Part shown: piece by piece, positions 25,001 to 35,118 of the stretch
How the letters are laid out: every line of letters starts with the position of its first letter
How positions within the stretch are numbered: the stretch's first letter is position 1
Assembly (NCBI GenBank): GCA_965365215.1
Contig: CBDUAW010000001.1
Span: 1-36,870, forward strand
DNA length: 36,870 bases
Direction of reading: 5' to 3'
Source of the DNA: an uncultured Eudoraea sp.
GTDB lineage: Bacteria; Bacteroidota; Bacteroidia; Flavobacteriales; Flavobacteriaceae
Position numbers and translations under genes: made by a program
Notes under the pieces: generated by a model
Told to the model about the DNA's origin: nothing
Databases searched by the model: none
The model's input: the letters and a program-made list of their open reading frames with translations, nothing else

Positions 25001-28000
25001 ATGAGAAACTTTTACTTGGCAGTAGTTGCACTTTTTTGTTCAGCTATTGCATTTTCACAAGGGGTTACCACCTCTTCTATGGGTGGTAAAGTTACAGACG
25101 CTGCCGGAGAACCATTACCAGGGGCTACAGTGCTGGCAGTACACGTACCCTCCGGAACCACTTATGGGGCAGCGACCGACTTTGACGGTTTTTACCGAAT
25201 TTCGAATATGAGGACAGGTGGTCCTTACAAGATTACCTTTTCATACATCGGTTTTAATGAAGATGTTCGGGAGAATGTATTTCTGAACCTGGGCCAAACA
25301 TTAAGACTAACTTCTACGCTTGCAGAATCTGCTACGGCATTACAAGAAGTAGTAGTTACCGGTGTTTCAGGAGGAGTCTTCGGATCTAATAAAACAGGTA
25401 CGGAAACTAACGTTTCCCGAAGGGATATTGCCACTTTACCGGCCGCTTCCCGATCTATTGCAGATTTTGTCCGAATTACACCTCAAGCCCAGCTAACAGA
25501 AGGGAACGACGGTTTTTCCGTATCTCTGGCAGGCCAGAACAACCGTTACAATGCCATCTATATTGATGGGGCGGTGAATAATGACGTCTTTGGATTGGCT
25601 GGTTCAGGTACTAACGGAGGGCAAACTGGTGTTAACCCTTTCTCTGTTGATGCCATCGAAACCTTCCAGATCAATATTGCGCCTTTTGATGTAAGACAAT
25701 CCGGATTCTCAGGGGGTTCTATCAATGCCATCACACGCTCAGGTTCCAATGAATTTGAAGGTTCTGCCTACGCTTTCGTAAGGAATGAAAGCCTGGTTGG
25801 AAAAACCCCGCCAGATTTGGTTGGAGATGGGGAAGAGCGTGAAAAAGTAGATGATTTCAGCGCCCTTACCTATGGGGTTAGATTAGGAGGCCCTATCGTA
25901 AAAGATAAGTTGTTCTTCTTTGTGAATTACGAGCGCCAAGATGATGAAACTCCGCAGCCCTTTAATTTCAGTAATTATACAGGACGTTCTTCCCGTGCGG
26001 ATATTGACGGGCTTAGTAACTTCCTGCAAAGTACTTATGGGTATAATCCTGGAATCTTTGACAACAATACAAGGACTTTAGAAAGTGATAAATTAACAGC
26101 CAAAATCGACTGGAACATCAACCAGGATCACAAATTATCCCTGAGACACAGTTATGTTAAAGGAGATAATCTTGAAGCAAGGAATTCCGGAAACCGGAAT
26201 ATCGGTTTTATCAACGGGTCTGAGGCCTTTGTTACCACTACGAACTCTACTGCACTGGAATTGAGCTCAAGATTCAGCAACAAATATGCCAACAACCTGG
26301 TCCTTGCTTATACCAGTGTTAGGGACGACAGAGATCCTTTAGGGGAACCTTTCCCAACAGTAGATATACAGGATGGTGGGGGAACCATCTCCTTTGGAGC
26401 AGAACCTTTTTCAACAGCTAACCTGCTCGATCAGGATGTTTTCACTATTACCAATAATTTTGACATCTACGCAGGCAGGCATACGGTTACCTTAGGGGCT
26501 AACCTTGAATTTGCCAAGATTAAAAACCTATTCTTTGCCTTTAACTACGGGGACTATACTTTCGAAGACCAGTTTGACGATGCTGGAGTGTTGCTCTCTA
26601 GCGGTCTTAATCAATTCCTTACAGGGCAGGATGCTGATGTATACCAGCATGGGTATTCTCTTGTAGGTAGTGGTGTAGTAGGTGACGAATCTGCAGGAGC
26701 TTCCGAATTTAATACTTTCCAGGCAGGATTTTATATCCAGGATGATATCCAGATCACGGATAATTTTAAAGCAACTCTTGGGGCAAGGATAGATATTCCT
26801 TACTGGGATGATGGTGCTGTTAATGATGATTTCAATACCAGAACCATTCCAATTCTGGAATCTGTGAACAAAGACCTTCAGGGGGCACGCGTTGGCCAGG
26901 GGATCGATCCTACGGTTCATTTTGCACCCCGTTTAGGATTTAACTGGGACGTAGATGGAAATAGTACAACCCAGATCAGGGGAGGTATAGGGGTATTCAC
27001 TTCAAGACTTCCTTTGGTATGGCCAGGAGGAACATACAACAACAATGGTATTACAGGTGGTTTCAACTTTGAATTTGGGCAGCCTTTTGTTGCGGATATC
27101 AATAATCAGTTTGAAGATCCGGCACCTGGTTCAGGAGGCGTTGGAGGGAATATTGATTTAATTGCCAAAGACTTTACTTTACCACAGGTGATTAAATACA
27201 ATATTGCAATAGACCAGAAACTTCCCTGGTGGAATCTGATCTTATCAGGAGACTTCCTTTATACAGACGTTATTACTGATATTTATTATCAGAATCTGAA
27301 TCTTAAAAGTCCTACAGGCAATTATGAAGGAGCAGACAACCGTCCTTTCTATGACAGAGGAGATGAGATTGATCCTACCTATGGGAGAATTATCCTGGCG
27401 TCCAATACCGGTGGAGGATATGCGCACAATACCTCCTTTACCTTGAGAAAGCCATTAGAAAATGGATTTGCAGGGCAAATATCTTACTCCTTCGGAGATT
27501 CCTTCAAGCAGTTCGATGGAACATCTTCTCAGAACAGCTCACAGTGGAGGAACATTCAAACCGTAAATGGTAAGAATTCTTATGTACCTGTTTCTAGATC
27601 TGATTTCGCTCTTGGTAACAGGATCTCTGCGAACTTCTCCTACCAATTGGATTGGAGTGACAATATCAAGACTACTTTTGGTTTGTTCTACGAAGGTTTC
27701 CAGGGAACCCCGTATAGCTTTATTTACCGAGAAGGTAGAGACTTGTTGAATGATGATTCCAGGGATAACGCGTTAATGTACATTCCTGCAAGTGCTGATG
27801 AGATTTTGTTTGCAGGGGACGACGCCCAACAAGCAGCTCAGTGGCAACAACTTGATACGTTCATCAACAGTATAGAATACCTTAGGGAAAACAGAGGTAA
27901 ATATGCCGAGCGTAATGCAGTGAGAGGCCCCTGGAGCCACATCGTTGACCTCAAGGTACTTCAGGATTTCAGTCTGGATTTTGGCGGGAAAACACATACG

Positions 28001-28246
28001 TTCCAGCTTTCTGCGGATATTTTCAACTTCACCAACCTCCTGAATAAAGATTGGGGGAAACGTACATTTATCCGAAGTGAAGTAAGTCCGCTTACTACTG
28101 TATCTACAGGATCTACGCCAACATTTGAGATCAATGACGGGATCGTAAATGCAGACGGAACTCCGAATATTGAAGAATTGGACGATTTTGGAATTGCCTC
28201 TTCAAGATGGCAGGCCCAATTGGGTATCCGATATATCTTTAACTAG
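25001..28246 (+). CDS. Oar/OmpA-related TonB-dependent receptor with N-terminal carboxypeptidase-regulatory-like domain
   Basis: Signal peptide; GKVTD..GEPLPGATV, LQEVVVTG, APFDVRQSGFSGGSINAITRSG, GGPIVKDKLFFF, PRLGFNWD, C-terminal QLGIRYIF. No SusD-like partner follows. Confidence 0.92.
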   Translation: MRNFYLAVVALFCSAIAFSQGVTTSSMGGKVTDAAGEPLPGATVLAVHVPSGTTYGAATDFDGFYRISNMRTGGPYKITFSYIGFNEDVRENVFLNLGQTLRLTSTLAESATALQEVVVTGVSGGVFGSNKTGTETNVSRRDIATLPAASRSIADFVRITPQAQLTEGNDGFSVSLAGQNNRYNAIYIDGAVNNDVFGLAGSGTNGGQTGVNPFSVDAIETFQINIAPFDVRQSGFSGGSINAITRSGSNEFEGSAYAFVRNESLVGKTPPDLVGDGEEREKVDDFSALTYGVRLGGPIVKDKLFFFVNYERQDDETPQPFNFSNYTGRSSRADIDGLSNFLQSTYGYNPGIFDNNTRTLESDKLTAKIDWNINQDHKLSLRHSYVKGDNLEARNSGNRNIGFINGSEAFVTTTNSTALELSSRFSNKYANNLVLAYTSVRDDRDPLGEPFPTVDIQDGGGTISFGAEPFSTANLLDQDVFTITNNFDIYAGRHTVTLGANLEFAKIKNLFFAFNYGDYTFEDQFDDAGVLLSSGLNQFLTGQDADVYQHGYSLVGSGVVGDESAGASEFNTFQAGFYIQDDIQITDNFKATLGARIDIPYWDDGAVNDDFNTRTIPILESVNKDLQGARVGQGIDPTVHFAPRLGFNWDVDGNSTTQIRGGIGVFTSRLPLVWPGGTYNNNGITGGFNFEFGQPFVADINNQFEDPAPGSGGVGGNIDLIAKDFTLPQVIKYNIAIDQKLPWWNLILSGDFLYTDVITDIYYQNLNLKSPTGNYEGADNRPFYDRGDEIDPTYGRIILASNTGGGYAHNTSFTLRKPLENGFAGQISYSFGDSFKQFDGTSSQNSSQWRNIQTVNGKNSYVPVSRSDFALGNRISANFSYQLDWSDNIKTTFGLFYEGFQGTPYSFIYREGRDLLNDDSRDNALMYIPASADEILFAGDDAQQAAQWQQLDTFINSIEYLRENRGKYAERNAVRGPWSHIVDLKVLQDFSLDFGGKTHTFQLSADIFNFTNLLNKDWGKRTFIRSEVSPLTTVSTGSTPTFEINDGIVNADGTPNIEELDDFGIASSRWQAQLGIRYIFN

Positions 28247-28263
28247 ATCAAAATATATCCTTT

Positions 28264-28297
28264 AAAAAACCCTGATGTTTTCCATCAGGGTTTTTTT
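28264..28297 (+). terminator. Rho-independent terminator
   Basis: AAAAAA-CCCTGATG-ttttc-CATCAGGG-TTTTTTT; perfect 8-bp stem just after the receptor stop. Confidence 0.9.
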
Positions 28298-28337
28298 ATG
28301 CATAAATTGTTACTTTTAGCAAAACAATACACTTCAT

Positions 28338-28775
28338 ATGGAACTATTGCAAACCGTACATTCTTATATGGCCTATGCTGTACTGATTGTACTCTTTTTG
28401 GCTGTGGCCAATGCTATTACCGGTTGGGCAGGCAACCGGGTGTTTAACCTCCAGAAGGACTTTAGACTGAGTCTTTTCACCCTGATCCTAAGCCATCTTC
28501 AATTGTTATTGGGTTTAGCTCTTTTCTTTGTTTCGGCCAATGGCTTAAAAGCAATTCAAACACTAGGAATGAGTGGCTTAAACGCTTCTGCACGATTACT
28601 GGCTGTTGAACATCCCTTTATCAATATTGTGGCAATCATCCTGATCACCATAGGGTGGTCTCGTCATAAAAAATTTATGGACGGAAAGAAAAAATTCAAG
28701 AGCATTGCTATATTTTATGGCCTTGGGTTAATTTTAATCCTTTCCAGGATACCCTGGGATCAATGGTTTAATTAA
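28338..28775 (+). CDS. Four-TM membrane protein, possibly cytochrome b-like
   Basis: Four hydrophobic helices with His in or next to them (VHSY, LSHLQ, VEHP, SRHK). Confidence 0.7.
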   Translation: MELLQTVHSYMAYAVLIVLFLAVANAITGWAGNRVFNLQKDFRLSLFTLILSHLQLLLGLALFFVSANGLKAIQTLGMSGLNASARLLAVEHPFINIVAIILITIGWSRHKKFMDGKKKFKSIAIFYGLGLILILSRIPWDQWFN

Positions 28776-28785
28776 AAAATATAAT

Positions 28786-29376
28786 ATGAAATATCTGCTT
28801 CTTATCCTTATTTGTGCTACAACTCTTGTAAATGCACAGCAAAAAGACTTGTTCAATGGTAAAGACCTGGGTGGATGGACCGCCTATGGTACTGAAAAAT
28901 GGTATGTTGAAGATGGTTTGTTAGTCTGTGAAAGCGGTCCCGATATGGGATACGGATATTTGGCCACCAACGAGTTCTACAACGATTTTGAATTAAGCCT
29001 GGAGTTCCTCCAGGAAGCCGATGGTAACAGCGGGGTATTTGTACGTTCCACAATTGAAGGAACAAAGGTAAGTGGCTGGCAGGTGGAAGTGGCTCCTCCC
29101 GGGAAGCACACCGGAGGGGTTTATGAATCCTACGGCAGGGGCTGGCTCATTAAACCCGAGTCTGAAAAGGAATCGGTATTGAAAGCGGGAGAATGGAATA
29201 CCTTAAAGATCCGCGTTGTTGGCGAACAGCTAACCTCCTGGTTAAACGGAGTAGAGATGGTAAGCCTTACTGACGAAAAGATCGGACAGGGAAAAGGGGC
29301 TATAGCGCTTCAAATCCATGATGGCGGCGGGATAAAAGTGAAGTGGCGAAATATAAAACTGAACTTGCCAGAATAG
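28786..29376 (+). CDS. DUF1080 (3-keto-disaccharide hydrolase/GH16-like fold) secreted protein
   Basis: Signal peptide; LFNGKDLGGW, GNSGVFVR, TGGVY, GEWN, IALQIH, WRNI. Confidence 0.9.
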   Translation: MKYLLLILICATTLVNAQQKDLFNGKDLGGWTAYGTEKWYVEDGLLVCESGPDMGYGYLATNEFYNDFELSLEFLQEADGNSGVFVRSTIEGTKVSGWQVEVAPPGKHTGGVYESYGRGWLIKPESEKESVLKAGEWNTLKIRVVGEQLTSWLNGVEMVSLTDEKIGQGKGAIALQIHDGGGIKVKWRNIKLNLPE

Positions 29377-29379
29377 CAT

Positions 29380-30441
29380 TTACAAGACTTTTTTGATCAG
29401 TAGTATATAGACAGGAAAATGATCGCTGTAGCCTCCCTTATAATTCCCGCCGGCATAACTCCGGAAGGGATATCCCTGGAATCTACCTGTTCTTGTTATT
29501 AAGAAGGAAGGCCTGAACACCTTTGCTTTCCAGTATGAATACTGTCTCCAATTTGACTTTAAAAAATTACCTGATAACAAGATCTGATCAAATAGACTCC
29601 ACTGGTCCCTGTAAGCCAGGGACCCCAAACCTTTTTTAAATAAGTGTTCCATAGGATTATATAGATCATTAGAAGTTAAAGAAGTAGAATCATTTTTGGC
29701 GTTCAGAATAGTCTTTAAACTTCTATCAGTGGGGTCATCATTAAAGTCACCCATTGTAAGGATCCTTGCGTCCGGGTTTATATTATAAATAGAGTCTATA
29801 ATTTTTTTATTAAGTCGGGCGGCAGCAATTCTGTAAGGTTTGCTTCTGGACGCACCTCCACTTCTTGAAGGCCAGTGATTTATAACAAGGTAAATCTCTT
29901 CACTATCGAGGACACCCATCACAACAAGCTGGTCACGGGTATACTTCCTATAGTTTTTTTCATTGTATAATAACAGACTGTGACTCTTGTGAGCAAAGGG
30001 GATAAAATGGGATTTTTTAAAAAGCAATGCCACGTCTATTCCCCTTTCATCCGGAGAATCATGGTGAATTATACCATAGCCTGCTTTCTTGAGATTAGGA
30101 TGATGTATCAAATCCTTTAGTACTTGTACATTCTCTATTTCACAGAGTCCTATCAAATCTGGTGGGCCTTGTCGCTCATTTGATCCTATCGCAGAAATCA
30201 CTTTGGAAATATTCTCTATTTTCTGTAGATATCTATCTACTGTCCAACGACCCTTCCCCTCAGGGGTTTTGTCATCATCAAAGGTCTGGGGATCGTCCAT
30301 AACATCGAACAAATTTTCAACGTTGTAGAAAGCCACGGTACGAATATGAAAGTTTTGTTTTCGCTGCGACCTTAATGGTAAAATGCCTAATAGCAGTACT
30401 CCCGCATATAGTACATATATCAATTGATTTGTTCTTCTCAT
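29380..30441 (-). CDS. Secreted endonuclease/exonuclease/phosphatase (EEP) family protein
   Basis: Signal peptide; FYNVENLFD, GLCEIEN, RGIDVALL, NHWPSR, MGDFND, FDQI, YSDHFPV. Confidence 0.92.
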   Translation of the reverse strand: MRRTNQLIYVLYAGVLLLGILPLRSQRKQNFHIRTVAFYNVENLFDVMDDPQTFDDDKTPEGKGRWTVDRYLQKIENISKVISAIGSNERQGPPDLIGLCEIENVQVLKDLIHHPNLKKAGYGIIHHDSPDERGIDVALLFKKSHFIPFAHKSHSLLLYNEKNYRKYTRDQLVVMGVLDSEEIYLVINHWPSRSGGASRSKPYRIAAARLNKKIIDSIYNINPDARILTMGDFNDDPTDRSLKTILNAKNDSTSLTSNDLYNPMEHLFKKGLGSLAYRDQWSLFDQILLSGNFLKSNWRQYSYWKAKVFRPSFLITRTGRFQGYPFRSYAGGNYKGGYSDHFPVYILLIKKVL

Positions 30442-30556
30442 ATACCACTTAAACGTTCACAGTCACCCAAGATAAAATTGCTTTATGAATGGAACATGCA
30501 GCTGTTCGGTCTACATTCGGCAAGTTCCAAGGAGTAAAATGATTGGTGAAAAGGAG

Positions 30557-33325
30557 ATGTATGGACGTGTGTATTATGTAGCAACTTGTTGCAAAGTACT
30601 TTTATATCTGGCTTGTTGGGCATTTGGTTTTCATGCTGTAAAAGGACAGGAAATATCAATACGCGGGAAGGTCCTTGATGCAAATACCCAAAAGCCATTA
30701 ACGCAAGTACAGATAAAAAATGAAGCGGCGGTTAAGCAAGTGCTTTCAAATACAAAGGGACTTTTTGAAATAGTTACCAGTGGTTTTGGAGAATTGACAT
30801 TGCTATTCGAAAAAAAGGGATATAAAGACCTTAGGATACCAATTGAAATTGGACAAGAGAGAGTGCTTGAATTGGAAACGGTTTTTATGGAAGAACTGTT
30901 TGTGTTTGATGATAAGGATGTTCTGGTTGCATTGTCTGCTGATGACCTGTATGATGAAGAGGTGCAAAGCGAAAATGTTGGGGTCTTACAGAGCAATCAG
31001 GACATCTTTTTGAAAAAAGCGGCTTTTGAATTTAGCCAGGCGTTCTTTAAAGTAAGGGGGTACGATTCCCGGGAGGGCCAGGTATTATTCAACGGGATTC
31101 CCATGAACAAAAGCTACGATGGCAGGCCCCAATGGAACAATTGGGGCGGTCTAAATGACGTATTGAGAAATCAATTCTTCATATTGGGACCAGGGTGTTC
31201 AGAAAGTTCGTTTGGCTCCCCCTTAGGTGTCCTGGAGATCAATTTGAGTCCGGTAAACACCCGTCCGGGCTTAAGACTTACCAGTTCCATTTCCAACCGC
31301 AGTTATACCGGGCGGCTGATGGCAACCTATAGTACTGGGGATAGCCATAAGGACTTGTCTTATACTTTATCGGCATCCAGACGTTGGGCAGATGAAGGAT
31401 ATCTTCAGGGAACCCTCTATGATGCCATATCGCTTTTTGGAACTCTGGAACTTAAGGTGGATAAAAAATCCAAAATGGCACTCACGGCTATTTGGGCTAA
31501 GAACCGGAGGGGCAGAGCCTCGGCGATAACCCAGGAAGTATTCGAACTTGGGGGCAAGGCGTATAACCCCTACTGGGGATTACAGGAAGGAGATATCCGA
31601 AATTCCCGGGAGAGGCTTATTGAAGAACCTATTGTTATGATAAATTTTCTAAGAGATTCAGAATCCCTGAGACTGCGAACAGGATTGGCTTATCACTCCG
31701 GAGTACGATCCAAAACAAGACTGGGGTACCAGGATGCTCCCAATCCTGACCCCTCATATTACCGATATCTTCCCAGCTACCATATTAACAGTCCTATAGG
31801 GGCCAATTTTGACAATGCGGCAAAAGCAGAGGAAGGATTTAAGCATAACTCTCAACTAAATTGGCATGGTTTATACACTGTCAACGCTAATTCCCCGGTT
31901 GCCGGAAAGGCATTATATGTGCACTATGCAGATGTAACTAAGGACAATTATTTCATTGCCAATGCCACGGGGAATTTAAATATTAACAATTCATTTTTCA
32001 TTGATGTTGGTGGAAATTATCGATTACTTGACTCCCGAAATTTCGCGGAGATCAAAGATTTACTGGGAGCTTCGTATTACCTCGATGAAGATGGATTTTC
32101 AGGCACAAGGAATGATCTGGAAGGCGTTTACGAAAAGCAGAGCGGAATAATCAATTACCACTATGATCTAAATCATAGGTTCTGGGAAGGATTTTTTCAA
32201 CTTCGGATTCAAAAAGCCAAGTGGGAAAGTTTTATTGCTGCACGCTTTCAAGAACAAAAGAGCTGGAGAGAAGGGCGATTTAAAAATGAGAGGTACCCTG
32301 GGAATTCAAAAGGGCTGAGTACTCCAATTTCAAATACCTCCTGGTCCTTTAAAGCAGGTTTAAATTATGTTTTGAGTGGCAGACAACAATTACAATTTAA
32401 TGGATTGATAGAATCACGACCTCCGCTGCTGAAAAACCATTTTATCAACCCAAGGGAACACAATGGATTGGTAGAGAATCTTTTAAGTCCAAAAATAAGC
32501 ACTTTGGAGACAAATTATGTATTTCGTTTTCCTGATGTCACAGGCCGACTTTCAGGATTCTATACGCGTTACCAAAATGATACAGACATCAATTTTTTTT
32601 ATACGGACTCAGGATATGGATCTGATTTCGTTCAGGAAGTAATCACAGAGTTAGACAAATTGCATATGGGTTTTGAACTAGGGGTAGATATTTCTTTGTC
32701 ATCGGCATTTCGCCTTACAATTGCAGGAACAATTTCCAAATATCTCTATGCAAGTGATCCAAATGTTACAATCTATTTTGATCCGACTAATGAAATAGAA
32801 CCAATCAACGAACTTGGTATGGTCAACTTGGGCATAGCCCGTATAAAAGACATGAGAATAGCACAGGGACCGCAGGAGGCCATTTCTATTGGTATAGGTT
32901 ACCGTGATCCGAAGTACTGGTTTACAAACCTTAGCTTAAATTATTTAAACAAGAGCCATATAGATATCAATGCCCTGCAACGTACCAAAAGTTTTTCTTT
33001 TAGTCCAGGCAGTAATTTACCTTCTGTAAATTATGAGCCCATCACTGCCAGGAAATTATTAAAGCAATCCCCTCTTGATAAATTGTACCTCTTAAATCTG
33101 GTTGGTGGTAAATCCTGGCTACTCGGGAAAAAGTATATAAGCATTTTTATTAGCATCAACAATCTGTTCGATGTGATATACAAAACAGGGGGTTACGAGC
33201 AGGGTCGCAATGGACATTATGAGCAGCTACTTAAAGATATACAAACTAAGCATCCCCGGTTTGGTCCCAAATATTGGTATGGGTATGGAAGAACATACTT
33301 TTTGAATATGAGTCTAAGTTTATGA
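30557..33325 (+). CDS. TonB-dependent receptor-like outer-membrane protein
   Basis: Signal-like region then IRGKVLD carboxypeptidase-regulatory-like domain; plug FKVRGYD...WGGLND; barrel ending KYWYGYGRTYFLN. Start uncertain (30485, 30539 or 30557); a TACATTCG -7-like box near 30512 favours a later ATG. Confidence 0.85.
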   Translation: MYGRVYYVATCCKVLLYLACWAFGFHAVKGQEISIRGKVLDANTQKPLTQVQIKNEAAVKQVLSNTKGLFEIVTSGFGELTLLFEKKGYKDLRIPIEIGQERVLELETVFMEELFVFDDKDVLVALSADDLYDEEVQSENVGVLQSNQDIFLKKAAFEFSQAFFKVRGYDSREGQVLFNGIPMNKSYDGRPQWNNWGGLNDVLRNQFFILGPGCSESSFGSPLGVLEINLSPVNTRPGLRLTSSISNRSYTGRLMATYSTGDSHKDLSYTLSASRRWADEGYLQGTLYDAISLFGTLELKVDKKSKMALTAIWAKNRRGRASAITQEVFELGGKAYNPYWGLQEGDIRNSRERLIEEPIVMINFLRDSESLRLRTGLAYHSGVRSKTRLGYQDAPNPDPSYYRYLPSYHINSPIGANFDNAAKAEEGFKHNSQLNWHGLYTVNANSPVAGKALYVHYADVTKDNYFIANATGNLNINNSFFIDVGGNYRLLDSRNFAEIKDLLGASYYLDEDGFSGTRNDLEGVYEKQSGIINYHYDLNHRFWEGFFQLRIQKAKWESFIAARFQEQKSWREGRFKNERYPGNSKGLSTPISNTSWSFKAGLNYVLSGRQQLQFNGLIESRPPLLKNHFINPREHNGLVENLLSPKISTLETNYVFRFPDVTGRLSGFYTRYQNDTDINFFYTDSGYGSDFVQEVITELDKLHMGFELGVDISLSSAFRLTIAGTISKYLYASDPNVTIYFDPTNEIEPINELGMVNLGIARIKDMRIAQGPQEAISIGIGYRDPKYWFTNLSLNYLNKSHIDINALQRTKSFSFSPGSNLPSVNYEPITARKLLKQSPLDKLYLLNLVGGKSWLLGKKYISIFISINNLFDVIYKTGGYEQGRNGHYEQLLKDIQTKHPRFGPKYWYGYGRTYFLNMSLSL

Positions 33326-34704
33326 TAATGAGAGCGTTTTTAGGTTTTGGGTTTTTTTGCCAAACAAGTATAGTCTGTATTTTAGTTTTAACTACCAGTT
33401 GTGTAGTAGGGGAGCAATTTCCAAATCCTGAAATGGACTGTAATTCGGAATTAGTTCCAAATATGTCTTTTGAGGAATTGTTTGCAAATTACAATGGAGA
33501 AACAACAGTGCTAAAAGAGGATGATATTTTAGAAGGATATGTTATTTCCTCCGATTTAGCCGGTAATTTTTTTGGTAGTCTGCATATTCAGGATAAGATA
33601 CAAAACCCGGATTTCGGGCTTCAATTGGATATTGATTTACAAGACTCTCACGTGTTTTATCCTCTTGGAAGTAAGCTCCTTGTCAATTTAAAAGGCCTAT
33701 ACCTCGGGAAAAGCAAGGGGATCTATAAACTGGGAAGTGCAAATAGGATTTTTGGTCAGGTAGTGGTCAGCAGAATTCCTGCGAGTCGGGTGTTAGACCA
33801 TTTAATCCCTTCTTGTGAAGAGATCGCTCATATTGTTCCACAAAAAACAGGTATCAGCAAGCTGACTGAAATATCAAGCAATACCCTGATTGAATTAGAT
33901 TCAATTGAATTTGTGACCGAGGAAATCGGGAAGACCTATGCCGTTTCGAAGGAAGAGACAAGCAGACAGTTATCAGATTGCATGGACAATACAATTCAGC
34001 TGGTGACAAGCGCATTTTCCTCTTTTCAAAATAGCAGTCTTCCCCAGGGAAATGGAAGAATCAGCGCTGTGCTGTTAAAAGAAAGTAAAACCATGAATCT
34101 TGTTATTAGTAGCACTGCTGATATTAGCTTTACTAATCCCCGCTGTGAAACCGTGGTGGATCAATTTACTTCTACTCAGTTTCTGATTTCAGAAATTGCC
34201 GATCCTGACAATAACAGCAATGCACGTTTTATAGAACTCTACAATGCTGGATCTGAAGATCTTCCACTAAAAGGGTGGAGTTTGGAGAGATACACTAACG
34301 ACAGTGAAACTGTATCATCGAGGATAGACCTAAGCGGAAGTGTAGTTGAGGCTGGTAAAACCTTTGTAATTGCTTCTGATGCGGAAATATTTCTGGAAAC
34401 CTATGGAATTGAACCTAATTTAGTAGGCGGACAAAATAGTCCGGCAGACTCCAATGGAGATGATAATTTAGTGTTGATTGATCCCTTTGGGATGGTAATT
34501 GATGTTTTCGGAAGGATAGGTGAGGATGGGAGCGCCACGGATCATGAATTTGAAGATGGCAGAGCCCTCAGAAAGGAAGAAATAGACCGTGGCAATATAG
34601 CTTACGATAAAGAAGAGTGGATTATTTACAATGATACTGGCGCTGCCGGCACAATCAAGGAACCTCAAATAGCCCCTCAGGATTTTACCCCAGGCAAACG
34701 CTAA
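33322..34704 (+). CDS. DUF5689 (OB-fold) plus lamin-tail-domain lipoprotein
   Basis: Lipobox TTSC; GYVISSDLAGNF...LKGLYLG (DUF5689-like); ISEIADP..RFIELYN..LKGWSL..D..FTPG (LTD). ATG 33322 overlaps the upstream stop (ATGA); alternative ATG at 33328. Confidence 0.8.
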   Translation: MIMRAFLGFGFFCQTSIVCILVLTTSCVVGEQFPNPEMDCNSELVPNMSFEELFANYNGETTVLKEDDILEGYVISSDLAGNFFGSLHIQDKIQNPDFGLQLDIDLQDSHVFYPLGSKLLVNLKGLYLGKSKGIYKLGSANRIFGQVVVSRIPASRVLDHLIPSCEEIAHIVPQKTGISKLTEISSNTLIELDSIEFVTEEIGKTYAVSKEETSRQLSDCMDNTIQLVTSAFSSFQNSSLPQGNGRISAVLLKESKTMNLVISSTADISFTNPRCETVVDQFTSTQFLISEIADPDNNSNARFIELYNAGSEDLPLKGWSLERYTNDSETVSSRIDLSGSVVEAGKTFVIASDAEIFLETYGIEPNLVGGQNSPADSNGDDNLVLIDPFGMVIDVFGRIGEDGSATDHEFEDGRALRKEEIDRGNIAYDKEEWIIYNDTGAAGTIKEPQIAPQDFTPGKR

Positions 34705-34705
34705 C

Positions 34706-35107
34706 TTAGGCCACTTCCGATAGGACCGTTTCCAAATCGGCAGTAGTCATTGGCTTCAGGATATAATTTTTAATGAGGGGATAGGTCTTGATACGCTCAA
34801 GGTCTCTTGGATCTACAGAAGAACTGATCACGTAAATAGAAGTCTTTTTATCTGCAGGTTTTGGCAGTTTGAGAAAATCTTCCAGGAACTCCCAGCCATT
34901 CATAATGGGCATATTGAGGTCGAGGAAAATAACAGATGGAAGCGGTTTCCCGGAATTTGCGATCATAGTTAGCTCTTCCAGAGCTTCCTGTCCGTTCGAA
35001 TACACACTAAGATGTTCACAGAAATCAAGTTCACGCATTAATCGCTTAGCCCCATAAATAAAGATATGGTCATCATCTATTATACAAACGTTTGCAACTT
35101 TTTTCAT
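34706..35107 (-). CDS. Stand-alone response regulator receiver protein
   Basis: IIDDD, FLDLNMP phospho-Asp, SSS, ILKP; no output domain. Confidence 0.93.
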   Translation of the reverse strand: MKKVANVCIIDDDHIFIYGAKRLMRELDFCEHLSVYSNGQEALEELTMIANSGKPLPSVIFLDLNMPIMNGWEFLEDFLKLPKPADKKTSIYVISSSVDPRDLERIKTYPLIKNYILKPMTTADLETVLSEVA

Positions 35108-35118
35108 ACGTAAATCAG

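Noticed and set aside
33274-33321. TTG-started extension of the DUF5689 lipoprotein
   Set aside because: Overlaps the receptor C-terminus; ATG 33322 or 33328 gives a normal lipoprotein signal.
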